This document shows positions 1 through 8,751 of a DNA stretch of 64,000 nucleotides, one piece after another; the stretch's first letter is position 1; every line of letters begins with the position of its first letter. The position numbers and the translations under genes are program-made. The notes beneath the pieces were generated by a model. It ran no database searches. It was not told where the DNA came from and saw only the letters and a list, made by a program, of their open reading frames with translations. The DNA is taken from NCBI GenBank assembly GCA_963733035.1, contig CAVTBU010000006.1, positions 320,001-384,000 of the forward strand, in the 5' to 3' direction. The stretch is from Pirellulales bacterium. Its GTDB lineage: Bacteria; Planctomycetota; Planctomycetia; Pirellulales; PALSA-1355.

Positions 1-240
1 CTGGTACTCGCCACGTGCCACGTTGGTATCTGGCTGGGGCATATGCGTTTCGAACGCCAACTTTACCACGCGTACAACAGCTTCCCAGTTTATCATTAGC
101 CAGCCACAGCGTCATTCACCATCGCGCAGGGTTGCAGCCGCTTGGCGATTGCCAACTACCCCGATAAGCTGAACCGCGCCTGGGGCGAGCGCTCAGAGGC
201 CGACAAGCTTCTTCTTCGGATGGACGAAAGGACGGTTCCT

Positions 241-2559
241 ATGACGTGCAAGCAATTCTTGGGTCTGGCCATGCTGCTGATCTTCGCGGGATTTTTAGGC
301 TGCAATTCGAACGCAAAGAAGAGCAATCCGGAGGACGTTGCCCCCGCCGAGCAAAGCACCGAACCTACTGCCGCGGAGGAATTGCCGACGGATCAGGAAT
401 CAGCGCAGGAAAAACCGGCCGATTCGGCCAACGAAGAGCCTGGCACCGGCCAGCCCGCCGCCAAGCCCGACCATTCGCAGGAGCAAACTGGTCCCGAACT
501 GCCCCTGGGCGCGACCGCTCCCGCCAAGGAAGACAATCCGGCGGCGGAGCAAGTGGTCGACCCGGATCCGGCTGCCACGGCCGGCGTCAAGCTGATTCCT
601 CGGCAGGTGCTATTTGGCAATCCCGACAAAGCGTCGGCGCGGCTCAGCCCGGATGGCACACGGTTGAGCTATTTGGCGCCGAGCGACGGCGTGCTCAACG
701 TCTTTGTTGGTCCCGTCGATGATCCCTCGGCGGCCAAGCCAGTGACGGATGACAAGTCGCGCGGGATTCGAACCTACCTCTGGGCCTACGACAACAAGCA
801 CATCCTGTACCTGCAGGATTCCAAGGGCGACGAAGATTGGCACGTGTATAGCGTCGATCTGGACAGTGGCGAAACCAAGGATCTGACGCCGCTCGACAAA
901 GTGGCCGCGCATATCGAGGGGATCAGCGATCGGCAGCCCGGCGAGATCATCGTGGGCTTGAACGACCGCGATCCCCAGTTTCACGATCTGTACCGCGTGA
1001 ACATCGAGACGGGCAATCGCGAGCTGCTGGAAAAGAATACCCAGTTCGCCGGCTACGTCGTTGACGACGATTTCAAGGTTCGCTTCGCGTCAAAGATGAT
1101 GCCCGACGGCAGCATCCAGTATTTCGAGCCGGACGGCAGCGGGGGATGGAAAGAATACATCAACGTCGGTTCGGAAGACACGCTGACCACGTCTCTGGCC
1201 GGCTTCGACAAAACGGGCGACAAGCTCTATCTCACCGACAGCCGCGGTCGCAACACGAGCGCGCTGGTCGAGGTGGATTTGCCAAGCGGCGAGGAGAAAG
1301 TGCTCGCCTCGAACGACAAGGCCGACCTCAGCGGCGTGCTCGCACATCCGACCGAGCGAAACGTTCAGGCCGTGAGTTTCGACTACCTGCGCCCGGAGTG
1401 GGAGGTTCTCGACCCGGCGATCAAGGAAGATCTGGACTATCTCAAGACCGTGGCCGACGGCGAACTACAGGTCGCCAGTCGCACGCTGGACGACAAGAGC
1501 TGGATTGTGGCCTACGTGATGGACGACGGGCCAGTGCGCTACTATCTCTACGATCGACCGAACAAGAAGGCCGCGTTCCTATTTACCAATCGCACGGATC
1601 TAGAAGGGCAGCCGCTGGCCAAAATGCATCCGGTCGTTATCAAATCGCGCGACGGAATGGAACTGGTCAGTTACCTTACCCTTCCTATAGCTGCCGATCC
1701 TGACAACGACGGGAGGCCGAACAAGCCGCTACCCATGATACTGCTGGTACACGGTGGACCGTGGGGTCGCGACGCGTGGGGCTACGACACCGAGCACCAG
1801 TTGCTCGCCAATCGGGGCTATGCGGTCCTCAGTGTCAACTATCGCGGGTCGACCGGTTTGGGAAAGGAGTTTACCAACGCCGGCAACAAGCAATGGGCTG
1901 CCAAAATGCACGACGACCTGATCGACGCGGTCGACTGGGCCGTCGACCAGAAAATCGCTGATCCGGATCGGGTGGCCATCATGGGTGGCAGCTACGGTGG
2001 CTACGCCACGCTCGTCGGCCTGACGTTCACGCCGCAAAAGTTCACTTGTGGTGTCGACATCGTGGGACCGTCGAATCTGTTCACCTTGCTGAGCACGATT
2101 CCGCCTTACTGGGCACCGATGATCCAGATGTTCAAAGATCGCGTCGGCGATCCGACGAGCGAGGAAGGAAAGCAATTGCTCGGCGAGCGTTCGCCGTTGA
2201 ATTTCGTCGAGAAGATCGAGCGACCGCTGCTAATCGCCCAAGGGGCGAACGACCCGCGCGTGAAGCAGTCGGAAGCCGATCAGATCGTGGGCGCCATGAA
2301 AGAGAGGAAGATTCCGCTCACGTACGTGCTGTTTCCGGATGAAGGTCATGGTTTCGCGCGTCCGGAAAACAAACTGGCTTTCTATTCCGTGGCCGAGGCG
2401 TTCTTAGCCAAGCAACTCGGTGGCCGCTACGAGCCGATCGGCGAGGCATTTGAGGGTTCGACCATCACGATTCCCGACGGCGCCGATCAGATCCCCGGAG
2501 TTGCTGACGCATTGCAACAACACCAGGCGACCGCGCCGGCGACTAGCGATCAACCTTGA
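241..2559 (+). CDS. S9 family (prolyl oligopeptidase / dipeptidyl-aminopeptidase-like) serine peptidase, predicted lipoprotein
   Basis: GGSYGG nucleophile, GANDPRV (Asp) and DEGHG (His) triad motifs, preceded by a beta-propeller-like region. ATG 241 follows AAGGA and gives a signal peptide ending FLG-C, then an acidic Pro-rich linker. Confidence 0.9.
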   Translation: MTCKQFLGLAMLLIFAGFLGCNSNAKKSNPEDVAPAEQSTEPTAAEELPTDQESAQEKPADSANEEPGTGQPAAKPDHSQEQTGPELPLGATAPAKEDNPAAEQVVDPDPAATAGVKLIPRQVLFGNPDKASARLSPDGTRLSYLAPSDGVLNVFVGPVDDPSAAKPVTDDKSRGIRTYLWAYDNKHILYLQDSKGDEDWHVYSVDLDSGETKDLTPLDKVAAHIEGISDRQPGEIIVGLNDRDPQFHDLYRVNIETGNRELLEKNTQFAGYVVDDDFKVRFASKMMPDGSIQYFEPDGSGGWKEYINVGSEDTLTTSLAGFDKTGDKLYLTDSRGRNTSALVEVDLPSGEEKVLASNDKADLSGVLAHPTERNVQAVSFDYLRPEWEVLDPAIKEDLDYLKTVADGELQVASRTLDDKSWIVAYVMDDGPVRYYLYDRPNKKAAFLFTNRTDLEGQPLAKMHPVVIKSRDGMELVSYLTLPIAADPDNDGRPNKPLPMILLVHGGPWGRDAWGYDTEHQLLANRGYAVLSVNYRGSTGLGKEFTNAGNKQWAAKMHDDLIDAVDWAVDQKIADPDRVAIMGGSYGGYATLVGLTFTPQKFTCGVDIVGPSNLFTLLSTIPPYWAPMIQMFKDRVGDPTSEEGKQLLGERSPLNFVEKIERPLLIAQGANDPRVKQSEADQIVGAMKERKIPLTYVLFPDEGHGFARPENKLAFYSVAEAFLAKQLGGRYEPIGEAFEGSTITIPDGADQIPGVADALQQHQATAPATSDQP

Positions 2560-2690
2560 CGCGCGTCGCCTTGGGCGAACGACGAACGTGCGTCGCTTCG
2601 GAACTGCTAGCCTGTTGGCACAGGCATCTGCCAGTACAGGCGAGTGACGTATCGTCTGGCAAACTCTACCGGTTACGGAGATTTTTCAAG

Positions 2691-3020
2691 ATGTTCCGTT
2701 ACTTCGTCGATAAGAGGGATTGCACGCATCACCGGATTTTCCCGGGAGTGGATATCTATACGACTGTCTGCCAGCACGTAATGCTATCGCTGGTGGAAAT
2801 GCAGCCTGGGGCCGTGGTCGAGGAGCACAGCCATCCCCATGAACAGATGGGCCTGATGCTCGAAGGCGTAGCCGATTTTACGATTGGCGACCAAAAACAG
2901 CGCGTCGCCGTCGGACAGATGTGGCGCATTCCCGGCGGTGTCGTGCACTAGGTTGTGGCGCTCGATCGGCCGGTCCGCGCGTTGGACGTTTTTAGCCCAC
3001 CGCGTGAAGACTATCAGTGA
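2691..3020 (+). CDS. Cupin-domain protein interrupted by an in-frame TAG at 2949-2951
   Basis: Cupin motifs HSHPHEQ and GQMWRIPGGVVH. After the TAG the same frame reads VVALDRPVRALDVFSPPREDYQ*, a typical cupin C-terminus. GGAG precedes ATG 2691. Confidence 0.8.
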
Positions 3021-3886
3021 AGGTAGAGTTCGGAAAGCAGAAGATGAGGAATCCAGACGTCATTCTGCTGCTGGGCCAGATCGCGCGTTTCTTTCGCGTT
3101 CCTCAGGCCGCACTGCTCTTGCTGCTGGCGTCCTCGTGTGCATCGATGCCGGAGTTGCCTTGGGCGCCAGTGGCGAAGGATGCTTCGGCGGGCTTCTACG
3201 ATACGGCACGGTTGGAATACCGGCTCGACGCCGGCAAGCTTGGCCAGCCGCTCGACGTATTGCGAGTCGATGGTCGGCAGGTCAACTACGAGCAGATTGC
3301 CAGCAGTCCACTTCCTGATCGCTCGGTGGGAACGCTCGTCATTCAGCAGCCGCATCCGGCCGGACGCGAGGGATTTGCTCGCGTGACGTTCTCGATCGAC
3401 AGTGCGGAGCCGTCAACCGAAACGAGCGTTTGGAACCGATTTGTGTTGACGGATTCGTCATCCGTCAAGATTGGTGGTCAAGAGGAAGTGCATGAGATTT
3501 GGGCCATGGACCTGCCCCAAGCCGAGGCAGGCCAGTACTTCAAACTGCTGTCGATGCGGAGTTTCTACTCGGCCCCCGAGCCTGACATTGCGACAGCGCA
3601 TTTGGCCGTGACACTGGATGGCAAAGAGGTGGCAAAGAATTGGGAGTCGTTGCCTGAATTGAATGCCCTGGCTCAGCGTGTTCGTCGCGAAGGGCGCCTG
3701 GTGGCCTATCTGCGTCCCCAGGCACTGGCGGGCGAAACATCGAATGCGATCGCGAGCGTGCAGGCCTACCGTGAAATGCTGGCCAGAACGAGTTCGCCGA
3801 CCGGATCGCCGCCGCCTGCGGCATCAGGTATCCTGGCCCCCGAACCAAGCGTGGCCAGCAACCACTTGCCCTATGCCGCCCGCTAG
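3017..3886 (+). CDS. Hypothetical protein, probable lipoprotein (start uncertain)
   Basis: 289-aa ORF with LLLLLASSC lipobox-like segment. GTG start overlaps the cupin TGA (GTGA). Confidence 0.6.
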   Translation: MKVEFGKQKMRNPDVILLLGQIARFFRVPQAALLLLLASSCASMPELPWAPVAKDASAGFYDTARLEYRLDAGKLGQPLDVLRVDGRQVNYEQIASSPLPDRSVGTLVIQQPHPAGREGFARVTFSIDSAEPSTETSVWNRFVLTDSSSVKIGGQEEVHEIWAMDLPQAEAGQYFKLLSMRSFYSAPEPDIATAHLAVTLDGKEVAKNWESLPELNALAQRVRREGRLVAYLRPQALAGETSNAIASVQAYREMLARTSSPTGSPPPAASGILAPEPSVASNHLPYAAR

Positions 3887-3928
3887 GGGCGTGGCTGGCT
3901 TTTTTCCTCCGCGCAGCGGCATGCTCCC

Positions 3929-3957
3929 TTGCAAACCGCCGCGCATCTGATCACAAT
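3929..3957 (+). promoter_or_regulatory. Sigma70-type promoter of the aroF leader
   Basis: TTGCAA (3929-3934), 17 nt, CACAAT (3952-3957). The predicted +1 falls at about 3964, the A of the leader ATG. Confidence 0.6.
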
Positions 3958-3963
3958 AGCGGC

Positions 3964-4038
3964 ATGAACGACTTCCTCCGCGTGTATTTTTGGTACTTTT
4001 TTATCCCGCTGAGTCGCGGGGCCGGAGGAGGAACGTAA
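3964..4038 (+). CDS. Attenuator leader peptide MNDFLRVYFWYFFIPLSRGAGGGT (24 aa)
   Basis: Six consecutive aromatic codons TAT TTT TGG TAC TTT TTT (3985-4002), directly upstream of an intrinsic terminator and the DAHP synthase gene. Confidence 0.85.
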   Translation: MNDFLRVYFWYFFIPLSRGAGGGT

Positions 4039-4068
4039 AATTCCATCCTGAGGAAGCGACCAAAACAG

Positions 4069-4105
4069 AGCCCCGAGACTCAACCAAAGTCTCGGGGCTT
4101 TTTTT
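4069..4105 (+). terminator. Attenuator terminator upstream of aroF
   Basis: Perfect 12-bp stem AGCCCCGAGACT / AGTCTCGGGGCT, 7-nt loop, then a T-tract. Its 5' arm can alternatively pair with 4010-4022 (12 of 13). Confidence 0.9.
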
Positions 4106-4191
4106 GTTTCTACAGGCATCGTCATTCGGAGGAGCACCTACTCCTCAATGCATAACCATCAGGCCATCCAATTTTTGTACTGGAGACTCCC

Positions 4192-5205
4192 GTGATCGTT
4201 GTCATGAAGAAAGAGGCCTCGACCGCCGACGTCGAGCACATGGTCCAGCGGATTGAAACGCTGGGCCTGAAAGCCCATGTCATTGTCGGCACCGAGCGCA
4301 CCGTGATCGCCGCCGTGGGCGACGACCGCCAAGCGCATAAAGAATCTTTGGAGAGCGGCCCGGGAGTCGCCGAAGTCATGCCCATTCTTGCCCCCTACAA
4401 AGTTGCCAGCCTGGAAGTCAAACACGAACCGACAACAATCCGGGCAGGCAGTCTGACGCTCGGCAATGGTACCGTCGGCGTCATTGCCGGGCCCTGTTCG
4501 GTTGAGTCCGAAGAGCAGATTCTCGCCTGTGCGCACGCCGTCAAGAAAGCCGGTGCCACGGCCCTGCGCGGCGGCGCCTTCAAGCCGCGCACCAGTCCTT
4601 ACAGCTTTCAGGGCCTGAAGGAAGACGGCCTGAAAATGCTGGCCGCGGCGCGCGATGCGACCGGCCTGGCCGTCGTGACCGAAGTTGTTGCGACCGAGGA
4701 TGTGCCCCTGGTGGCCGAGTACGCCGACGTGCTGCAGATTGGCGCTCGCAATATGCAGAACTACCGGCTGCTCGAAGCCGTGGGCGCGACCGATTGCCCC
4801 GTGCTGCTCAAGCGCGGGCCGAGCGCCACGATCGACGAATTGCTGCTGGCTGCCGAGTACGTACTGAACGGCGGCAATCCGAACGTCATGCTCTGCGAGC
4901 GGGGCATTCGGACCTTTGAAACGCATACACGTTTCACGCTACCGCTGGCGACCGTGGTCTATCTGCATAAGAAGACGCATTTGCCGGTGGTCGTTGATCC
5001 GAGCCACGGAACGGGTCACACCTATCTGGTTCCGCAGATGGCGGCCGCCAGCGTCGCCGCCGGGGCGGACGGCCTGATTATGGAAGTGCATCCCGATCCC
5101 GAACGGGCGCTTTCCGACGGCTATCAGTCGATGAACTTCAAACAGTTTGAAGAGACCATGGAGATGTGCCGCAAAGTCGCCGCCGCGCTCGGTCGCAAGA
5201 TGTGA
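4192..5205 (+). CDS. aroF: 3-deoxy-7-phosphoheptulonate (DAHP) synthase, type I-beta, with N-terminal regulatory domain
   Basis: Motifs [52 protein letters not shown]-terminal [17 protein letters not shown] ferredoxin-like domain. GGAG before the GTG start. Confidence 0.95.
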   Translation: MIVVMKKEASTADVEHMVQRIETLGLKAHVIVGTERTVIAAVGDDRQAHKESLESGPGVAEVMPILAPYKVASLEVKHEPTTIRAGSLTLGNGTVGVIAGPCSVESEEQILACAHAVKKAGATALRGGAFKPRTSPYSFQGLKEDGLKMLAAARDATGLAVVTEVVATEDVPLVAEYADVLQIGARNMQNYRLLEAVGATDCPVLLKRGPSATIDELLLAAEYVLNGGNPNVMLCERGIRTFETHTRFTLPLATVVYLHKKTHLPVVVDPSHGTGHTYLVPQMAAASVAAGADGLIMEVHPDPERALSDGYQSMNFKQFEETMEMCRKVAAALGRKM

Positions 5206-5242
5206 TCAGATTGCCGCAGCCGATCGAACGTTTGACTTCGGG

Positions 5243-7005
5243 TCAATGAGCGGCGGGTGCCGTTTGTTCGGGGGCGATGGGGATTTCAATGAGTTCCTCG
5301 TGCACGCGTTCGCGCTCACGGTCGACTTGCTCGGCCGTGGCTCCGAGTTCGCGGAGCATGGCCGTTGCGAGTGCGAGCGCGACTTCGCCTTCGCCGGAGA
5401 AGACGAGGTCCGCGCCGGCCGATTTTACGGATCGCAACTGCGTGACGTAGCTGACGCGCGCCAGCACTCGAATCTTGGGATTGAATAGGCGCGCCAGGCG
5501 GATTACCTCCGCGCTGCCGTTGAGGTTCGAAGCGCTGAGGATCAGCGTGCCGGCCAAGTCCGCGTGCGCGCCCTTCAGCGTATCGGGCTGCGTCGCGTCG
5601 CCATAGACGGCGGCAACTCCCGCGCGGCGGGCCGACTGCACGGCTTCAAAGTTCAAGTCGATTACGGTTGGTTCGACTTCGTTCTCGCGGAGCAATCGCA
5701 CGAGCGTGCGCCCAATTGGGCCGTAACCAATGATCACGGCCCGATAAGGCGAGGGCTTCACATCCTCGGGTGGGTGGTCGTCAGTCTTGTGCGTCTTCCT
5801 GCGGCGTTTGAGCCAGTGTCGCAACCGGGCGTTGCGTAGTAGCCAACCGCCCAACGGATCGGACGAGCGATAGAGGATCGGGTTGATTGAAATCGAAACA
5901 ATTGCCGCGGCGACCAGGGCCTGTGTTCCCTCGACGGGCAACAGATCCAGTTCGCGCCCAGGGTTGCCAGAATGAACGAGAATTCGCCGATTTGCGCGAG
6001 CGCCATCGCGACTGCCAACGCGGTCTTGAGTGGATATCCAAGTGCCGCGACAATTGCCCAGGCCGCCACCGGCTTGCCGATCAGGATAATTGCCAGGGTT
6101 GCGGCGATCAGCCCCGGCATCGCCAGCAGGCTATGCGGGTTGAGCAGCATGCCCACCGAGACGAAGAACAGCACCGCGAATGCGTCGCGCATCGGCAGTG
6201 CATCCGACGCGGCCCGCAGGCTGAAGTCGCTACGGGCCACAATCATGCCGGCCAGGAATGCGCCCAGCGCCATCGATACGCCGAACACCACGGCCGAACC
6301 GACCGCAATTCCAAGCGCCACCACTAGCACCGTAAGCGTGAACAACTCGCGTGAACGTGTCAGCGCGGCGCGATGCAGAATCCACGGCACAACGCGGCCG
6401 CCGATCACAAAGACGGCGGCCACCAGCACGACGACCTTGCTTACCGCGAGGAGAAGTGTTAGCCAGAGCGGGCCTGCATCCGCGCCACCACCGAAGATGG
6501 CCGGCAGTAGCACGAGCACCAGCACCGTTAGGAGATCCTCCACGACCAACCAACCGACGGCAATGTGGCCGGTCGGCGTGTGCAGATCGCGATGGTCGCT
6601 CAACACGCGCAGCAACACCACCGTGCTGGCCACCGAAATCGCTAGCCCAAAGATCAACCCGGCCGACCAGTCCCAACCGAAGGCCCGAGTTGCCAACATG
6701 CCCAACGCGGTGGCGACCAGGCATTGCACCACGGCGCCCGGTACTGCCACTTTCCGCACGGCCAATAGTTCGTTGAGGTGAAACTCGAGGCCCACGCCAA
6801 ACATCAGCAGAATCACGCCAACTTCGGCAAGTTGCTCGGCGATCGATTGATCGGCAATGAAGCCGGGCGTGTCGGGTCCCACGACGATGCCAGCCAAGAG
6901 ATAGCCAACAATGGGCGATAGACCCAGTCGGTGCGTGATGTAGCCCAGTACAAGCGCAATCGCCAGGCCCGTAGTCAATGTCAGAATCAAATCCAAGCCG
7001 TGCAT
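5243..7005 (-). CDS. CPA2/Kef-type cation:proton antiporter (YbaL/RosB-like) with TrkA-N domain; 1-nt frameshift near 5957-5959
   Basis: Multi-TM region with LAEVGVILLMFGVGL, ISVASTVV and AQIGEFSFILA. C-terminal IIGYGPIG...YGDAT. Adding one G restores LGRELDLLPVEG. Confidence 0.85.
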
Positions 7006-7257
7006 CGGGTTTGCCTGTTGATCTCGGGGTGGCGCCGTCGAATGGAAGGAAGAACGGCCGACTATTCGCCGGTCCGTCGTCCGTCCGCGGCAATCACCAT
7101 ACAGAAAACGGAAAGGGGCACCAATCCCAGGCAAGTCAGGTCAATCCGCCTGGCACGTGCGTGCCCTGAAAGCCGCACCAGCCCGCGCGGATAAGTCGTG
7201 CCGAAGCGCAAGTCAAAGCTTGCGGAAAGTTCGGAACGCTGAACGGCGAGCGTAAGC

Positions 7258-8613
7258 TTACCTCGTCGCGGCGGCAATCACGATTCGCCCGTCCTCAATC
7301 GTGTACGTCAGTCCCAACTTGTCGCTGACGGCGCGCAGGGTCGCCAGCGCGGTCGTGTTCGAGAGACGTACACTGACGGGCGTCTTGCGGCTCTTGTCCG
7401 CCAACTTCAAAGATGTGTCATCGAACATGACTCGAACCCCGGCCACATCACCGATAAAGGCCGCAAATTGCGCAAGTGGCACGCCGGCGAATTTGACTTC
7501 CGGCAGCGAGACGCCAAGACGCTGTTCGATCTGTGCGGCTGCGACCGGCGGAGGTTCACCCGGCGAACCGTGGTCGACCATGTCATCCGTCGGTTCCGAT
7601 TCATCCGCGTCCGCCGGAGGCTCGTCGGCCGTACCGTCGGTCAAAGTTGCCGCCGATTCCGTCAACTGAGGTTCGCTCGTTGTCGCTTCGCCGATGCCTA
7701 ACGGTCGGTTGGCCGCGATCGGTTCCAGCCGCAGTGCTGGAGTCGGTTTGTCTGCCGGCGGTGCGTCGGCTAGCGGAACGGTCGTCTCGTCGGGTTCCGG
7801 ATCTTTCTGTCTGGCGGATGGCGGCGGAGCGGATTTATCGTTTGCCCCGATCTCATCCGGCAGCGCCTCAGGTGGAGACACGCTCGTAGCAGTATCTTCC
7901 TCGCCTTTAGATGCGATCGTTACGGGCTCTTTGGCCGGCGGAGCTATGTTTTTGTCTGTGTTGTTGTTGGCAGCTGTTGGCGAGGCATGCTGTTTGGCAG
8001 CAGGGGGTGCCTCGGCAACTGTTTCCGGGGCGGGTGTTTGCAACCACACGGCGAGCCAGGCAGCAGCACCCAAGGTAACGCCTGCCGAGAGTCCGCCGGC
8101 CAATACCAGCCAATCCTTCCGCACACGAGCCGCAATCGTTGACCAGCGCGAAGGTTCACCCGCGACCGCAAATGTATCGACGAAGTCGCCCGCCGAAGAC
8201 TCCTCTCCGGCGACGATTTCCGTGGGATCCGCTCCCGTCGCGATTTCGGCCGTCTGCTGCGGCGTGACGGATTGCGGCGAGGCCGGCTCGGAATCGGCCG
8301 GTTTCGACACGGTTGATTCGGCCGCCGGCTTGCGCACGGGCAATGCCGGTGGAACAACAGCCGCGGGATTCTTCTTGCTCGGCAAACTCGTTGACGACGG
8401 AACGGCTGGAATACTCGCCGTCGAAAGTTCGCCGAGGTCGGATTGCCCGCCGGACGAATCTTCAAGGCTACCGGAACGCTTCCAGCCGGGCGGCGGCACG
8501 ACTTGGACCATGCTGTTGCACTTCGGACAGCCTAGAATATCACCGATTGCCGACTCGTCTTTGACGACCAGCCGGGCCTTGCATGTCGTGCATTGGATAG
8601 TGAAGAGAGACAC
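7258..8613 (-). CDS. Membrane protein: N-terminal zinc ribbon, Pro/acidic linkers, one TM, C-terminal STN-like domain
   Basis: CTTC...CPKC at the N-terminus, TM WLVLAGG..AVWL, C-terminal LPEVKFAGVPL..LGLTYTIEDGRIVI. Confidence 0.75.
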   Translation of the reverse strand: MSLFTIQCTTCKARLVVKDESAIGDILGCPKCNSMVQVVPPPGWKRSGSLEDSSGGQSDLGELSTASIPAVPSSTSLPSKKNPAAVVPPALPVRKPAAESTVSKPADSEPASPQSVTPQQTAEIATGADPTEIVAGEESSAGDFVDTFAVAGEPSRWSTIAARVRKDWLVLAGGLSAGVTLGAAAWLAVWLQTPAPETVAEAPPAAKQHASPTAANNNTDKNIAPPAKEPVTIASKGEEDTATSVSPPEALPDEIGANDKSAPPPSARQKDPEPDETTVPLADAPPADKPTPALRLEPIAANRPLGIGEATTSEPQLTESAATLTDGTADEPPADADESEPTDDMVDHGSPGEPPPVAAAQIEQRLGVSLPEVKFAGVPLAQFAAFIGDVAGVRVMFDDTSLKLADKSRKTPVSVRLSNTTALATLRAVSDKLGLTYTIEDGRIVIAAATR

Positions 8614-8751
8614 GGCCAGCCCAATTGAGAATTGTGCGGGGTTGCGCCGCTGGAAAAAACTACCGTTGCGTAAGTTCCAGTATAGTGTCTACCCGTGGGA
8701 GTCCAGCCGGCACGTACGAATTATGCCGCTTTTTCGCGATTGCGGACGGCG

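Noticed and set aside
1..99. Possible 3' end of a CDS (LVLATCH...FPVYH*)
   Set aside because: Too short to support; no recognisable motif.
2615..2632. TGGCAC..TGC upstream of the cupin gene as a sigma54 promoter
   Set aside because: GG-to-GC spacing is 11 nt rather than the required 10.
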